The translations under genes were made by a program, and so were the position numbers. This document shows positions 9,667 through 18,932 of a stretch of DNA of 64,000 bases, one piece after another (positions within the stretch are counted from its first letter, which is position 1; each line of letters opens with the position of its first letter). The notes beneath the pieces are model-generated. The model was not told the DNA's origin. It made no database searches and was given only the letters and a program-made list of their open reading frames with translations. The DNA is from Syntrophales bacterium (GTDB lineage: Bacteria; Desulfobacterota; Syntrophia; Syntrophales; PHBD01): assembly GCA_963668175.1 (NCBI GenBank), contig OY764159.1, positions 2,848,001 to 2,912,000 of the forward strand, in the 5' to 3' direction.

Positions 9667-10737
9667 TTACGTCTGATCGAACCAGCACTGGGGGTCGTCG
9701 CCGAAGAGATCCCCCGAATGGGCGTAGGCGATGGCCCGGCAGCCCCGGCAATAGCGCCAGCGCACACAGGCGCCGCATTTGCCCTTGTAGTTTCCCCTCT
9801 CGCGCAGTTGCCGGAGTATTTTCGAAGACGACCAGATATGGCGGAGCGACGATCGGCGAATGTTGCCGATCCTGACCCCGATGCGGCGGCAGGGCATGAC
9901 GGAGCCGTCGCTCGTAATCGTGACGCCGAGGACGCCCGCGCTGCATCCCGAAAGTGCCCCGCCGTCCCCCTCTTCCATGGCGTCGTCCCCGCAGAGGCGG
10001 GCCAGGGGATCGCCGGAGGCGGCCTCGAAGTCAGGGCCGTCGAGCGTCCGGATCTTTTTGTAGGCGGCCTCTATCTCCCGCGGGGAAAGCAGGCTGTCCG
10101 CCATGCCCTTCCCTCTCCCGCAGGGAACGAGGCGCGAAAAACCGATGCCGGAAAATCCCATGTTCTTCGCTATGGCGGCCGTCTCCTCGATGCGTCCGAT
10201 ATTGGCGGCCGACAGGGTCATGTTGGCGCTCACGCTGTTGCCCGCCTCGACGAGAAGACGGGCGCCCTTCATGGCCGCCTCGAAGCTCCCGCGCCCGCGG
10301 ACGGCGTCGTGGACGTCCGGGGGCCCCTCCAGGCTGACCTGGATGTCCTTGAGGCCCGCGGCCTTCGCGCTTGCGGCATCGCCGCCCGTCACGAGCATGC
10401 CGTTCGTCAGGAGGGCCACCCGGAATCCCTTCTCTCCCGCATGGCCGACGACGTCCCACAGGCCTCCGTAAAGAAAGGGCTCGCCGCCGGTGAAATGAAT
10501 CGACGGGGACAGGGATATGCCGTACTCACGGGCCCAGGCCTGCAACATCCCTGCGGCCCCGTCGATCTCTCTTTTCACGTCACGGGCATCCATCTCCTCC
10601 GGAATCTTCCGCCCCTGGTAGCAATGGCGGCAGCGGAGATTGCACCTTTCGGTGAGATGCCACTGGATAAAAAAATCGAATGTCGTCGTTGCCGGACCGG
10701 CAACTATTTGCCCTTTCACTTCTTTCAGCTGTAGCAC
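9667..10737 (-). CDS. Radical SAM/SPASM-domain protein, putative peptide maturase
   Basis: QWHLTERCNLRCRHC (CxxxCxxC), FTGGEP, and SPASM cysteines CSAG...DGSVMPC...CGACVRWRYCRGC...DPQC. The true start may be the GTG at 10719. Confidence 0.92.
   Translation of the reverse strand: MLQLKEVKGQIVAGPATTTFDFFIQWHLTERCNLRCRHCYQGRKIPEEMDARDVKREIDGAAGMLQAWAREYGISLSPSIHFTGGEPFLYGGLWDVVGHAGEKGFRVALLTNGMLVTGGDAASAKAAGLKDIQVSLEGPPDVHDAVRGRGSFEAAMKGARLLVEAGNSVSANMTLSAANIGRIEETAAIAKNMGFSGIGFSRLVPCGRGKGMADSLLSPREIEAAYKKIRTLDGPDFEAASGDPLARLCGDDAMEEGDGGALSGCSAGVLGVTITSDGSVMPCRRIGVRIGNIRRSSLRHIWSSSKILRQLRERGNYKGKCGACVRWRYCRGCRAIAYAHSGDLFGDDPQCWFDQT
10688..10704 (-). promoter_or_regulatory. Putative bacterial SECIS element
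   Basis: GTTGCCGGTCCGGCAAC hairpin starting 11 nt after the second TGA. Resembles the E. coli fdhF SECIS upper stem-loop (GGUUGCAGGUCUGCACC, also 11 nt after UGA). Confidence 0.7.
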
Positions 10738-10832
10738 GATTTGCCGGAGTCCGCGGACTTCATCATCAGCCAGAAGGCCTTTTCCCGGCTCTTGGCAATC
10801 TTGCTCAGCTCTTTTCTCCTGAGAGTCCTCAT
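10704..10832 (-). CDS. Putative selenocysteine-containing RiPP precursor, 42 aa: MRTLRRKELSKIAKSREKAFWLMMKSADSGKSCYSUKKUKGK
   Basis: AAGGAGGTGA RBS at 10837-10846, ATG 10832, in-frame TGA at 10727-10725 and 10718-10716, TAG at 10706-10704. SECIS-like hairpin downstream. Overlaps the rSAM start. Confidence 0.75.
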
Positions 10833-11047
10833 CCTGTCACCTCCTTTCCGTGAAAGTGGGCCCGGGTCCCGTAAAACTTACGCGATGCCGCCGGAAGGCA
10901 TACACATCGCAAGGCCTTCATGTTTTATAGGATCGCCGCCACAAGAGCGTCTTTATCGCTTTACGGCAATGCGCCTTTTCCCCAGCTTATGAACGGTCGG
11001 TCGGTGTGGGTACGTTAACGTTTGCGCTTACGTCTTGACGGCGCGGC

Positions 11048-12148
11048 CTAGGCCCTGCCGACAATGAGTACCGGCTTGATCGTGACGCCGCGTTCGGCGT
11101 CGGCGACGGCCCGATTGATCCTGTCGAAAGCGTAGGCGGTGATGAGGCGGTCGAAGGGGAAGAGACCTTCACGGTAGAGTTTGATGAGGCGGGGGATGAA
11201 GCGCTGGGGGACGGCGTCGCCCTGGATGACGCTCAGGGCCTTCCTGCCGCCGGGAAGATGGTCGGGGCCGCTCGCGCCCGTGAGGAACGCCGAAGTGCCG
11301 CCGGGATTGAGGCAATCTGTGGCGAGGCGCATGAGCGTCGGGTCGCCGGTGCCTTCCACGGTATAGTCGACGCCCCCGCGCGCGATTTTCGCGATGCGGG
11401 CGGCGACGTTCGCCCGGCGGCTGTCGATCGTGTGCGTTGCGCCGAGTTCGCGGGCGAGCCGGAGGCGCTTCGGCACGATATCGACGCCGACGATCGTTTC
11501 CGCCCCGGCGATCTTCGCGGCCATGACGGCCGCGAGCCCGACCGAACCCGTTCCGAAGACGACGATGCTTGCGCCTTTCTTCACGGCCAGGGAGTTGAAG
11601 ACGGTTCCGGCCCCCGTCTGCATGCCGCAGCCCAGGGGCGCGAGGATTTCCATGGGCAGGTTTTTCGGGACCTTGACGACGTTTCGCTCCGTCGCCAGGC
11701 AGTACGTGGCGAAGGAGGACTGGCCGAAGAAGTGCCCGGCGACGCCGGAGGCGGCGAGGCCGTTGCTGCCGTCCAGGCGCTGGAAACCGAAGTTGAGGTC
11801 GTAGAAGTGCGTGCAATCGGCGGGACTGCCCTTCTTGCACGGCGCGCAGCGGCCGCAGGACTGGTACGAGAGCACCACGTGGTCTCCCGGGCGGACGGAC
11901 TTCACGCGGCCGCCGACTTTCTCGACGACGCCCGCGCCCTCATGCCCCAAAACAACCGGCTCGCCCGAAGCCCCCCAATCCATCATGCCGATGTCTGTAT
12001 GGCAGATGCCCGTCGCGACGATCCTCACGAGGATTTCGCCGGGACGCGGATTTTCCAGGACGAGGTCTTCCATCCTTAAGGGGCCGCCCGCCCTGCGCAG
12101 GACGGCGGCACGGATTTTCTGCATGGGCTTCTGCGAAACGGCGGTCAT
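11048..12148 (-). CDS. Zn-dependent NAD(P) alcohol dehydrogenase (aryl-alcohol dehydrogenase-like MDR)
   Basis: GICHTD, GHEGAG, CGRCAPC..C, GQSSFA and GTGSVG motifs. Confidence 0.9.
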   Translation of the reverse strand: MTAVSQKPMQKIRAAVLRRAGGPLRMEDLVLENPRPGEILVRIVATGICHTDIGMMDWGASGEPVVLGHEGAGVVEKVGGRVKSVRPGDHVVLSYQSCGRCAPCKKGSPADCTHFYDLNFGFQRLDGSNGLAASGVAGHFFGQSSFATYCLATERNVVKVPKNLPMEILAPLGCGMQTGAGTVFNSLAVKKGASIVVFGTGSVGLAAVMAAKIAGAETIVGVDIVPKRLRLARELGATHTIDSRRANVAARIAKIARGGVDYTVEGTGDPTLMRLATDCLNPGGTSAFLTGASGPDHLPGGRKALSVIQGDAVPQRFIPRLIKLYREGLFPFDRLITAYAFDRINRAVADAERGVTIKPVLIVGRA

Positions 12149-12762
12149 GAATCATCCTTCCCCGGCGGATCGGCCGGCATATCGTGGTCAAGACGGTAAT
12201 GCGATTTGAGGACGCCGTAGAGCCATTCCCTCTCCGGCTCGTTGGCGCTGGCGGCCAGGTCGAGCCTGCGCGCGCCCTGGTCGATCGTCAGGCGGTTTCC
12301 CGAAGCGAAGTCCCGAAGCCTGAGGGTGGCAAGCTCGGATGCGCTGAAGGCCGTCCGGTGCCGTTTTGGAAACAGCCTCTTCCATGCGTCCCGCTGCGAT
12401 CCGATGGCGAAGGAGACCCGCAGGGGGGCGATGCCGGAATCGTAAAGCGGTTCGGGGCTCGCAAGGACAATGGTTTCGGGGACGGCGCGCTGAAAGAGCC
12501 GGTAGAGATAGTACATGGCGAAAAGGCCGCCGACCGTCCACGTCCCGAGCCAGAAAAGCATGAATGCCCGGTAGCCGTTGCCGCCCGTCACCAGGGCTTC
12601 GATGCCGATGGCCCAGCCGACCGCCCACGCCCCGAGCCAGAAAAGCATGAAGACGCCGACAAAATAGCGCATGAACCCGCACTTGCGCTGGGGGATGACG
12701 ATGACGTCTTTCCCGTCGGCGGATTCCACCCTGATCTTCGAGTTGGCGGGGGGTGCGACCAT
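12145..12762 (-). CDS. Hypothetical membrane protein
   Basis: Two Trp-rich TM helices (MLFWLGAW and MLFWLGTW). Stop overlaps the ADH start. Confidence 0.7.
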   Translation of the reverse strand: MVAPPANSKIRVESADGKDVIVIPQRKCGFMRYFVGVFMLFWLGAWAVGWAIGIEALVTGGNGYRAFMLFWLGTWTVGGLFAMYYLYRLFQRAVPETIVLASPEPLYDSGIAPLRVSFAIGSQRDAWKRLFPKRHRTAFSASELATLRLRDFASGNRLTIDQGARRLDLAASANEPEREWLYGVLKSHYRLDHDMPADPPGKDDS

Positions 12763-13086
12763 GCTTCGCGTCCTTCTCTTCCCTGACTGTCATTGCCGGC
12801 GTGGGGGGGCATCTACCCTACCCCCTGTTCTTGAAACCCATGTTCTTCCTTTCGTTCCGGAAAGCGACCCGCTTGCCCTGAATTATACAATTTTTGCCGA
12901 AACAATACAAACGATAAGCAAGGGACATCGGGCACCGTACAAGGAATGGAAATCGATAAGCGGATTAAACGGTGCGACTGCCCGATGCGTCTGCCTGCGC
13001 GGGCATTCCGGCAGGCCCGAACATCGAAGATTGCGGGATGCCGTCCCGAGTCGCTTATCGATCTTTTTTGACAGGGATCGAAGATA

Positions 13087-16000
13087 TCACCTTGTCTTCC
13101 CGATGGGGAAGTTAGCTCCCGTCTGGATCGTAGGCGTCTGCTGCCGTTTGAAGACCTCCTCGGAAAGCCTCAGGACCTCGCCTTCCACGTAGTCCGCCAG
13201 GCCCAGGACGGTGATATAGCCGTCGTTCTTGATATCCGCCTTGCCCTTCAGGCCCTCGATGAGGACGTAGGTGAAGAGGCCGTGACCCTTGTATCCTTCG
13301 AGCGCGAGTTGCGTGTCGGACGACGCCGAGAAGACCGCCGAGCCGATGGCCCTCTGCAGGAGCTTGACCGCCGTCGCGTCGGTGAGGCCGCGCGTCTGCT
13401 GAAGAAGCGCCACCTGGATCTCCTTCCCGCCTTTGCCGGCGTTGCAGGTATCCAGGACGACGACCTTCTTCTGGGCGGGGATGCCGCCGATGAGCCCGGC
13501 AAGCTCTTTCTGGCTGATGGCGTCCCGGCCGAGATGGCGCGACGAAAGCAGAAAGACGTTGCTCGTCAGGAGAAAGTATTGCTCCTCGTTGTCCACGACG
13601 TCCACGACGCCGTGGGAGGCATCGTAGAATACGAAGAGGTCGTTGGGCTTGACTTTCGCACGCATCCCGGCAAAGGCCTTGCCGATGGCCTCCCTGGTCG
13701 TTTCGGCAGGCGTTGCGAGGACCCGGACGTCGACTCCCGCGAAGAGTGGCGACGCCGTTTTCTTCAGCGCCTCGGCAAAGGCCCTGGCGTCCGACACGGC
13801 ATAATTGAGTGAGATGGACTTGTTCTTGTATTCGTTGATGCCGATCACCAGGGCATGGAGATTCGGCTTATCCATCGCCGCACGGGAATTGACCGAAACC
13901 TCCGCAGGGACGGACTCCATGGAGTTGTCCCTGTTGAAGGCGATCGCCCGTATGTCGTTCCGGCCTTCCAAGAGCGGCACGGTGAACGAGAACGCCTGTT
14001 CTCCGGGCGCGGTCTTGCCCTTCACGGCCACCGCCCGCGTTTCGTTCGCCACCTGCGCCCCGTTGATATGGATCATGACGTTTCCGATGCCGCCCCCGTT
14101 GTCGGCGACGCGCACGGTAACCGTGACGCTGCTTCCGGAGACGGAGATTCCCGGCGCAGGGGATGCGATACGGACGGACGGGGCGGGCTTGCTCGCCAGG
14201 ATGTCGCCGAGGGTCTCGCCCTTGGGGATGTTCCTGCCGGCGAGGGCCAACTGCACAAGTTCGGGGCGGTAGAATTTCGAATAGAACTGGTCGACGCCGT
14301 AGACGCGGTTGCCGACCCGGACGTTCAGATACTTCGCGCCGTTCGCCGACGCGTTGAAGTAGCCTTCCGGCGTGATGACGACCCACTCGCCGTCCGTGAA
14401 GCTTAAGAACTTCGCCCTCTCTCTCCCCGTGGCTGCATCCCATGAACGGATCGTATTATCGCTCGATGCGGACAACACCCGCTTCCCGTCCCGCGACAGG
14501 GATGCGGTCCGCACCCAGTTCTCGTGCCCGGCGAATGTCGTGACGATTCGTCCGTCGTCCGTATCCCAAAGTCTGAACGCTTCTTCCGCCCCCGTCGAAA
14601 CGAATCTGTCCCCGCGGACGGAGAATTCCAGGTCGTAGACGATGTCCCTCTGTCCGACGAATCGCTTTATGACCGCACCGGTGGCGGTGTCGGCCAGGAC
14701 GATGGTCTTGTTGTCGCCGGGAAAGAGGATTCGCCCGCCGTCCGGGGAAAAGGCGAAGGCGAGCCCTACCACGGCCGCATAGCACTTCACCGCCAGGACT
14801 TCCTTGCCCGCGTCGAAGTTATACAATCTCAGGGTATAATGCTCAAGCGTTTCGCCTTGCACGGCAACGGCGACGGACTTCCCGTCCGGCGAGAGGGCGA
14901 CGCTGTGGCGGTAAGGTTCCGTCCAGCGGAACGTATCTTTCCGTCCCGTGGCCGTATCGATGCGCGTGGCCGTCTTTTCCGCCACGCTCAGCAGGTGTCG
15001 GTTGTTCTCCGCCAGCATGAAAGAAACGATCTTCCCGGCGGGTTCCGTGTACGTCATGATCTCCCTTCCCGTGGCGATCTCTTTCACCCTGAGCGTCCGA
15101 TCGTCGACGCGTTCCGTCGCATACCGGCCGTCCCGGGAGAAATGCGCGACGGATGCCTTATAAATCGTCTTCCCGGCGGCCACGTCCCACAGTTCCCTGG
15201 TCTTGTCCTCGCTGATCAATTGGAGATATTTCCCGTCGGCGGTGAAGCGCAGCACGCTCGTATAGCCTTCCAGCACCTTGAGGGGCTTCCCGTTTTTGAT
15301 GTCCCAGACCAGGGGGGATTTCTCCGTGTTGACGACGGCCTTGTCGCCGTCGGGACCGAGCGACGCCGAATAAATAACCGTCAACGGACGTCTCGCGAAT
15401 GCCTGTCCCCAGCGGCCGTCGGCGATATCCCAGAGGGTGGGAACATATCGTCCCGTGAAGATGACGGACCTGCCGTCCGGCGAAAAAGCTGCGCCATCGG
15501 TATGGCTTGTCGTGATGGTCGTCAATTCCTTACCCGTCATGGCGTCCCACAACCTTGCGCCCGCCGGCCCCACGGCAATCGCCTTTTTGCCGTCGGGAGA
15601 GAGGGCGATCCGGCGGAATTCCGGCTTTTCGTTCACATTCCAGGAAGAGACAATCTTTCCCTCCCTGATATCGACCATTTCGAACACTAGGCGCTTGGCA
15701 TTGTAATCGTTCTTCAGGAAAAGGCCGTACCGGCCGTCCCGGGACAGGGAGACCGCCGCAAACAGATCGATGCGATTCGTCTCGAACACGGCAACCGCCT
15801 TGCCCGACGTCGATTCCACGACATCGTACTTATCGTGTCCGGTCTCGGCCACAAGGTGCGTTTCGCCCGCGGCGAGCCTGCTGTAACCCCTGACTTTCGA
15901 CACCGTCCTGAGAACCCGTCCGGTGGCAACCTCCCAGACGTTCAGGGTGCCGCCGTCCATGTCCACGGAGGCGACGGTGTGCCCGTCGGGGGAGAACGCG

Positions 16001-16416
16001 AGGAACGTGATGTCGCGATGCCTGCCGGTCGTGGCCATGGTCGTGAGCACCTTTCCCGTAGCGGTGTCCCAGACCTTGATGATCCCCTTCTCGTCGCCCG
16101 AAGCGATCTGTTCGCCGCGGGCGGAGACGGCTACTGCGCCGGTCCTCGCACCTTGGCCGGCGAACGTCCTTATCTCCGCGCCGGACGCGACATCCCAGAG
16201 TTTGACGACATTGTCGTCGCTTCCCGTCGCCAGAAACCTGCCGTCGCCCGAAAAAGCGGCGGCGGTAACACCCGCCTGATGCCCCAGCTGGACGAATATC
16301 TCCGGCTTTTCGGCGCCGCAGGCCGCGCCGGCCGAAAGCCCGCAGACGACTACCGCGGAAAGCAATACTTTGTGAACCGTTGTCCTTATGCCTGATTTTA
16401 TATGATTGTTTTTCAT
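13087..16416 (-). CDS. Exported WD40-repeat protein with C-terminal caspase (peptidase C14) domain
   Basis: Signal peptide, many GH...WD repeats, Ig-like linker, LVIGINEY, and ASHG/LDTC catalytic dyad. Start placed at MKNNH after the AGGAG RBS. Confidence 0.9.
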   Translation of the reverse strand: MKNNHIKSGIRTTVHKVLLSAVVVCGLSAGAACGAEKPEIFVQLGHQAGVTAAAFSGDGRFLATGSDDNVVKLWDVASGAEIRTFAGQGARTGAVAVSARGEQIASGDEKGIIKVWDTATGKVLTTMATTGRHRDITFLAFSPDGHTVASVDMDGGTLNVWEVATGRVLRTVSKVRGYSRLAAGETHLVAETGHDKYDVVESTSGKAVAVFETNRIDLFAAVSLSRDGRYGLFLKNDYNAKRLVFEMVDIREGKIVSSWNVNEKPEFRRIALSPDGKKAIAVGPAGARLWDAMTGKELTTITTSHTDGAAFSPDGRSVIFTGRYVPTLWDIADGRWGQAFARRPLTVIYSASLGPDGDKAVVNTEKSPLVWDIKNGKPLKVLEGYTSVLRFTADGKYLQLISEDKTRELWDVAAGKTIYKASVAHFSRDGRYATERVDDRTLRVKEIATGREIMTYTEPAGKIVSFMLAENNRHLLSVAEKTATRIDTATGRKDTFRWTEPYRHSVALSPDGKSVAVAVQGETLEHYTLRLYNFDAGKEVLAVKCYAAVVGLAFAFSPDGGRILFPGDNKTIVLADTATGAVIKRFVGQRDIVYDLEFSVRGDRFVSTGAEEAFRLWDTDDGRIVTTFAGHENWVRTASLSRDGKRVLSASSDNTIRSWDAATGRERAKFLSFTDGEWVVITPEGYFNASANGAKYLNVRVGNRVYGVDQFYSKFYRPELVQLALAGRNIPKGETLGDILASKPAPSVRIASPAPGISVSGSSVTVTVRVADNGGGIGNVMIHINGAQVANETRAVAVKGKTAPGEQAFSFTVPLLEGRNDIRAIAFNRDNSMESVPAEVSVNSRAAMDKPNLHALVIGINEYKNKSISLNYAVSDARAFAEALKKTASPLFAGVDVRVLATPAETTREAIGKAFAGMRAKVKPNDLFVFYDASHGVVDVVDNEEQYFLLTSNVFLLSSRHLGRDAISQKELAGLIGGIPAQKKVVVLDTCNAGKGGKEIQVALLQQTRGLTDATAVKLLQRAIGSAVFSASSDTQLALEGYKGHGLFTYVLIEGLKGKADIKNDGYITVLGLADYVEGEVLRLSEEVFKRQQTPTIQTGANFPIGKTR

Positions 16417-16827
16417 CTCGCTCCTGTACATAGACCTATGCCTGTCATTGAATGAACGATATCCCAATACACGCGCACGGATAAGCTTCCGGAACAGATG
16501 CTCCCGTGACGGCGCGTCAGTTTAACACACAAATCTCTTCAGCCTTCCATGCAGCTTTGAGAAAATATTGTAAAATAATGTGAAGACAAAGTGTACTGAA
16601 TTTTACGCCGCACCGGTTCGTCCGTACGAAATCGTTGAAGGAACCTGACTCGACAAGGGATTTTTCCTCAGCTAGTCCGGCATCTTACACGATTCTTGCC
16701 GGGAGATTGGAAACGAGATGGCGGGATAGCCGTTTAGACGCGGCGGGAAATACGACCATCTGTCTCCGGAAGTGTTGATATAAGGAATATCGGAGGAAGG
16801 ATGAAAGGGCGCCGTTGTTTGTTGCAC

Positions 16828-17076
16828 CTACAGAGAGTGCCTGCCGACGGTCCATGTCCCCAGCCAGAAAAGCATGAAGGCGCGGTAGCCGTTGCCTCCC
16901 GTCACCAGGGCCTCGATGCCGATGGCCCAGCCGACGGCCCAGGCCCCGAGCCAGAAAAGCATGAAGACGCCGACGAAATAGCGGAAGAATCCGCTCTTGC
17001 GCTGGGGAATGACGATGACGTCGTTCCCGTCGATGGATTTCACCCTGATCTTCGAGTTGGCGGGGGGTGCGATCAT
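16828..17076 (-). pseudogene. 3'-truncated duplicate of the 12145-12762 membrane protein gene
   Basis: MIAPPANSKIRV...WTVG is near-identical to the first ~77 codons of the copy at 12762, then GRHSL and stop. Confidence 0.85.
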
Positions 17077-17519
17077 TGTGGCCTTTCCTTGCCGGTCTCG
17101 TGGATTATAAAGGGCCATTGCCCCTGACGGTTGCGCGTTGCCGTTGCTTGCTCTTCCGTGACTTTCGGCCGGGGCCGGCAGGGTCGCAACACTACCCGCT
17201 GCGAAAGAATCTCCTGTTCTTTCTTCCCTCCCGAAAGCCAGCCGAATCCTCGTAACTTATACATTTTTTTCGGGGACAATACAAACTTTATGGTGCGGCA
17301 GCCAAGCCGCGAAAAGGAAAAAATATCGGTCCCTAGAATATATAAACGAGAGGGAGCGAAGGAAGGATGAAATGGCGCGGTTGTTGGCTACCTACCTATC
17401 TTCATAATTATTTGTGTCCAGAGAGTATTGACAAACAATTTAAAGCGAGTTGCGAAGAAATTTGTCCGGTATTCAACGACACTCACCCACCATGTGGTTA
17501 GTCTTATTCGCTTCCTTTT

Positions 17520-18242
17520 TCACGGAAGAGGTCGACTATGATCCCTTTCGGCTCTTACGACCTTCTTATTGTCAAGTGTCTTCATAAAACCGCCGTTCTG
17601 CCATGTGTACTCCAGAGTCTGTATGAACGTATGGCCCGACTTGCAAGAAGTTATTTCCTGATTAAAGCGAACAATAGGATTGCTGTTGACCTGATGGAGT
17701 ATCTGAAAAGGAATACTTAGCGATTTAACGGCATCATCTTTCTTCCCCAGGTCGGCGCAGAGATGACCGCTTTCCGAATATGCCTCTCCGGCATCCCGGA
17801 AATAGAATACGCTATAACCTCTGTTGTTGACGCTTCTTGGCACCAGAAAGAAAGCATGATAACCCGAACTAAATACCCCATGTGAAAGCCTGGACGCTTT
17901 TAGTAACACATATCCTTTTCCATTCTGCCCGAAAAATCTATGCACCACGGAAAGGTCTGGGAACCAGACACCATCTTCATGTTCATCGCATGACAAGGCT
18001 CCCTCGATTACACTGTTGCAGTAATATATGTTTTCGTCGCCTATATAGACAAACTCTCTTTTATTAAGCCGTTGACAGTAGGAGCCGGATTTGCCTGTCT
18101 CTGAGAAATACTCGCGCAGGGGCTCATATTTTCTGTCATTAATAATTTCTCTGCAATCCTTGAGAAGTTCTTCTGCTGCCACATTTGGTGGGAACGAAAA
18201 AATGAGAAGCACTGCAAAAATGGCGTATGCAACCTTTCTCAT
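17520..18242 (-). CDS. Hypothetical exported protein, low GC
   Basis: Signal peptide MRKVAYAIFAVLLIFSFPPNVAA, several Cys, AT-rich codon usage. Confidence 0.65.
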   Translation of the reverse strand: MRKVAYAIFAVLLIFSFPPNVAAEELLKDCREIINDRKYEPLREYFSETGKSGSYCQRLNKREFVYIGDENIYYCNSVIEGALSCDEHEDGVWFPDLSVVHRFFGQNGKGYVLLKASRLSHGVFSSGYHAFFLVPRSVNNRGYSVFYFRDAGEAYSESGHLCADLGKKDDAVKSLSIPFQILHQVNSNPIVRFNQEITSCKSGHTFIQTLEYTWQNGGFMKTLDNKKVVRAERDHSRPLP

Positions 18243-18556
18243 AAGGGATTCCTTGTCAGATTAGATGACATATACTATTGACCTGATAATATTTACCATA
18301 TTCAGAACTAGGATTCTATACTGTATCTTATTTTATCGATTATTAATTGAAATGTTTATGAACAACTGAAACTGATGGCTCATTGCTAACAGGAAGTACC
18401 CGCGAAAAAAGCTACCCGTAACACTTTTCGAAACGCACACAACGGTTCATCTTAAGCTCTTTCCGAAACCCTGCAGATAGCCATTGACGCGGCAGCGCGG
18501 CAACGGGAAGGCTTCATTTCCGGCGTGGAAGAGTTGTTCCAGTCCGCCCCGGCCTT

Positions 18557-18879
18557 TTACGACGACTTCTGCCTCGCCTCGATGACCGCGACGATGGCCT
18601 GGACGACTTCGTCCACGGTGAGGTTCGACGAATCGACGATGACGGCGTCTTCCGGCGGCTTCAGGGGGGCCGTTTCCCGCTCCGTGTCCTGCCGGTCCCT
18701 GGCGACGATGTCCTTTTTTACCCGGTCGAGATCGGCTTCGCCTGATCGACCCCGGAGTTCCTTGTAGCGGCGCGATGCGCGTTCGTCGGCGTTGGCGTCG
18801 AGGTAGAACTTGAATTCGGCGTCGGGGAAGACGACCGTGCCCATGTCGCGCCCTTCGGCGACGACTCCGCCCCTGGCCG
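18557..18879 (-). pseudogene. Duplicated 3' fragment of cytidylate kinase
   Basis: ARGGVVAEGRDMGTVVFPDAEFKFYLDANADERASRR... is nearly identical to 19985-20295. It lacks the P-loop half. Confidence 0.88.
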
Positions 18880-18932
18880 TCGCGGCGGTTATCGGCAGGA
18901 GGTAAAATCAACGCACGGGGGATATCCCGCTG

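Noticed and set aside
10725..10832. Reading the upstream peptide as an ordinary 35-aa ORF ending at the first TGA
   Set aside because: Not excluded, but disfavoured by the C/TGA/TGA three-residue periodicity, the SECIS-like hairpin at canonical spacing and the closing TAG.
17080..17220. GC-rich stems upstream of the truncated membrane gene as a riboswitch
   Set aside because: No match to a motif I recognise, and the region is not shared with the upstream region of the intact copy.
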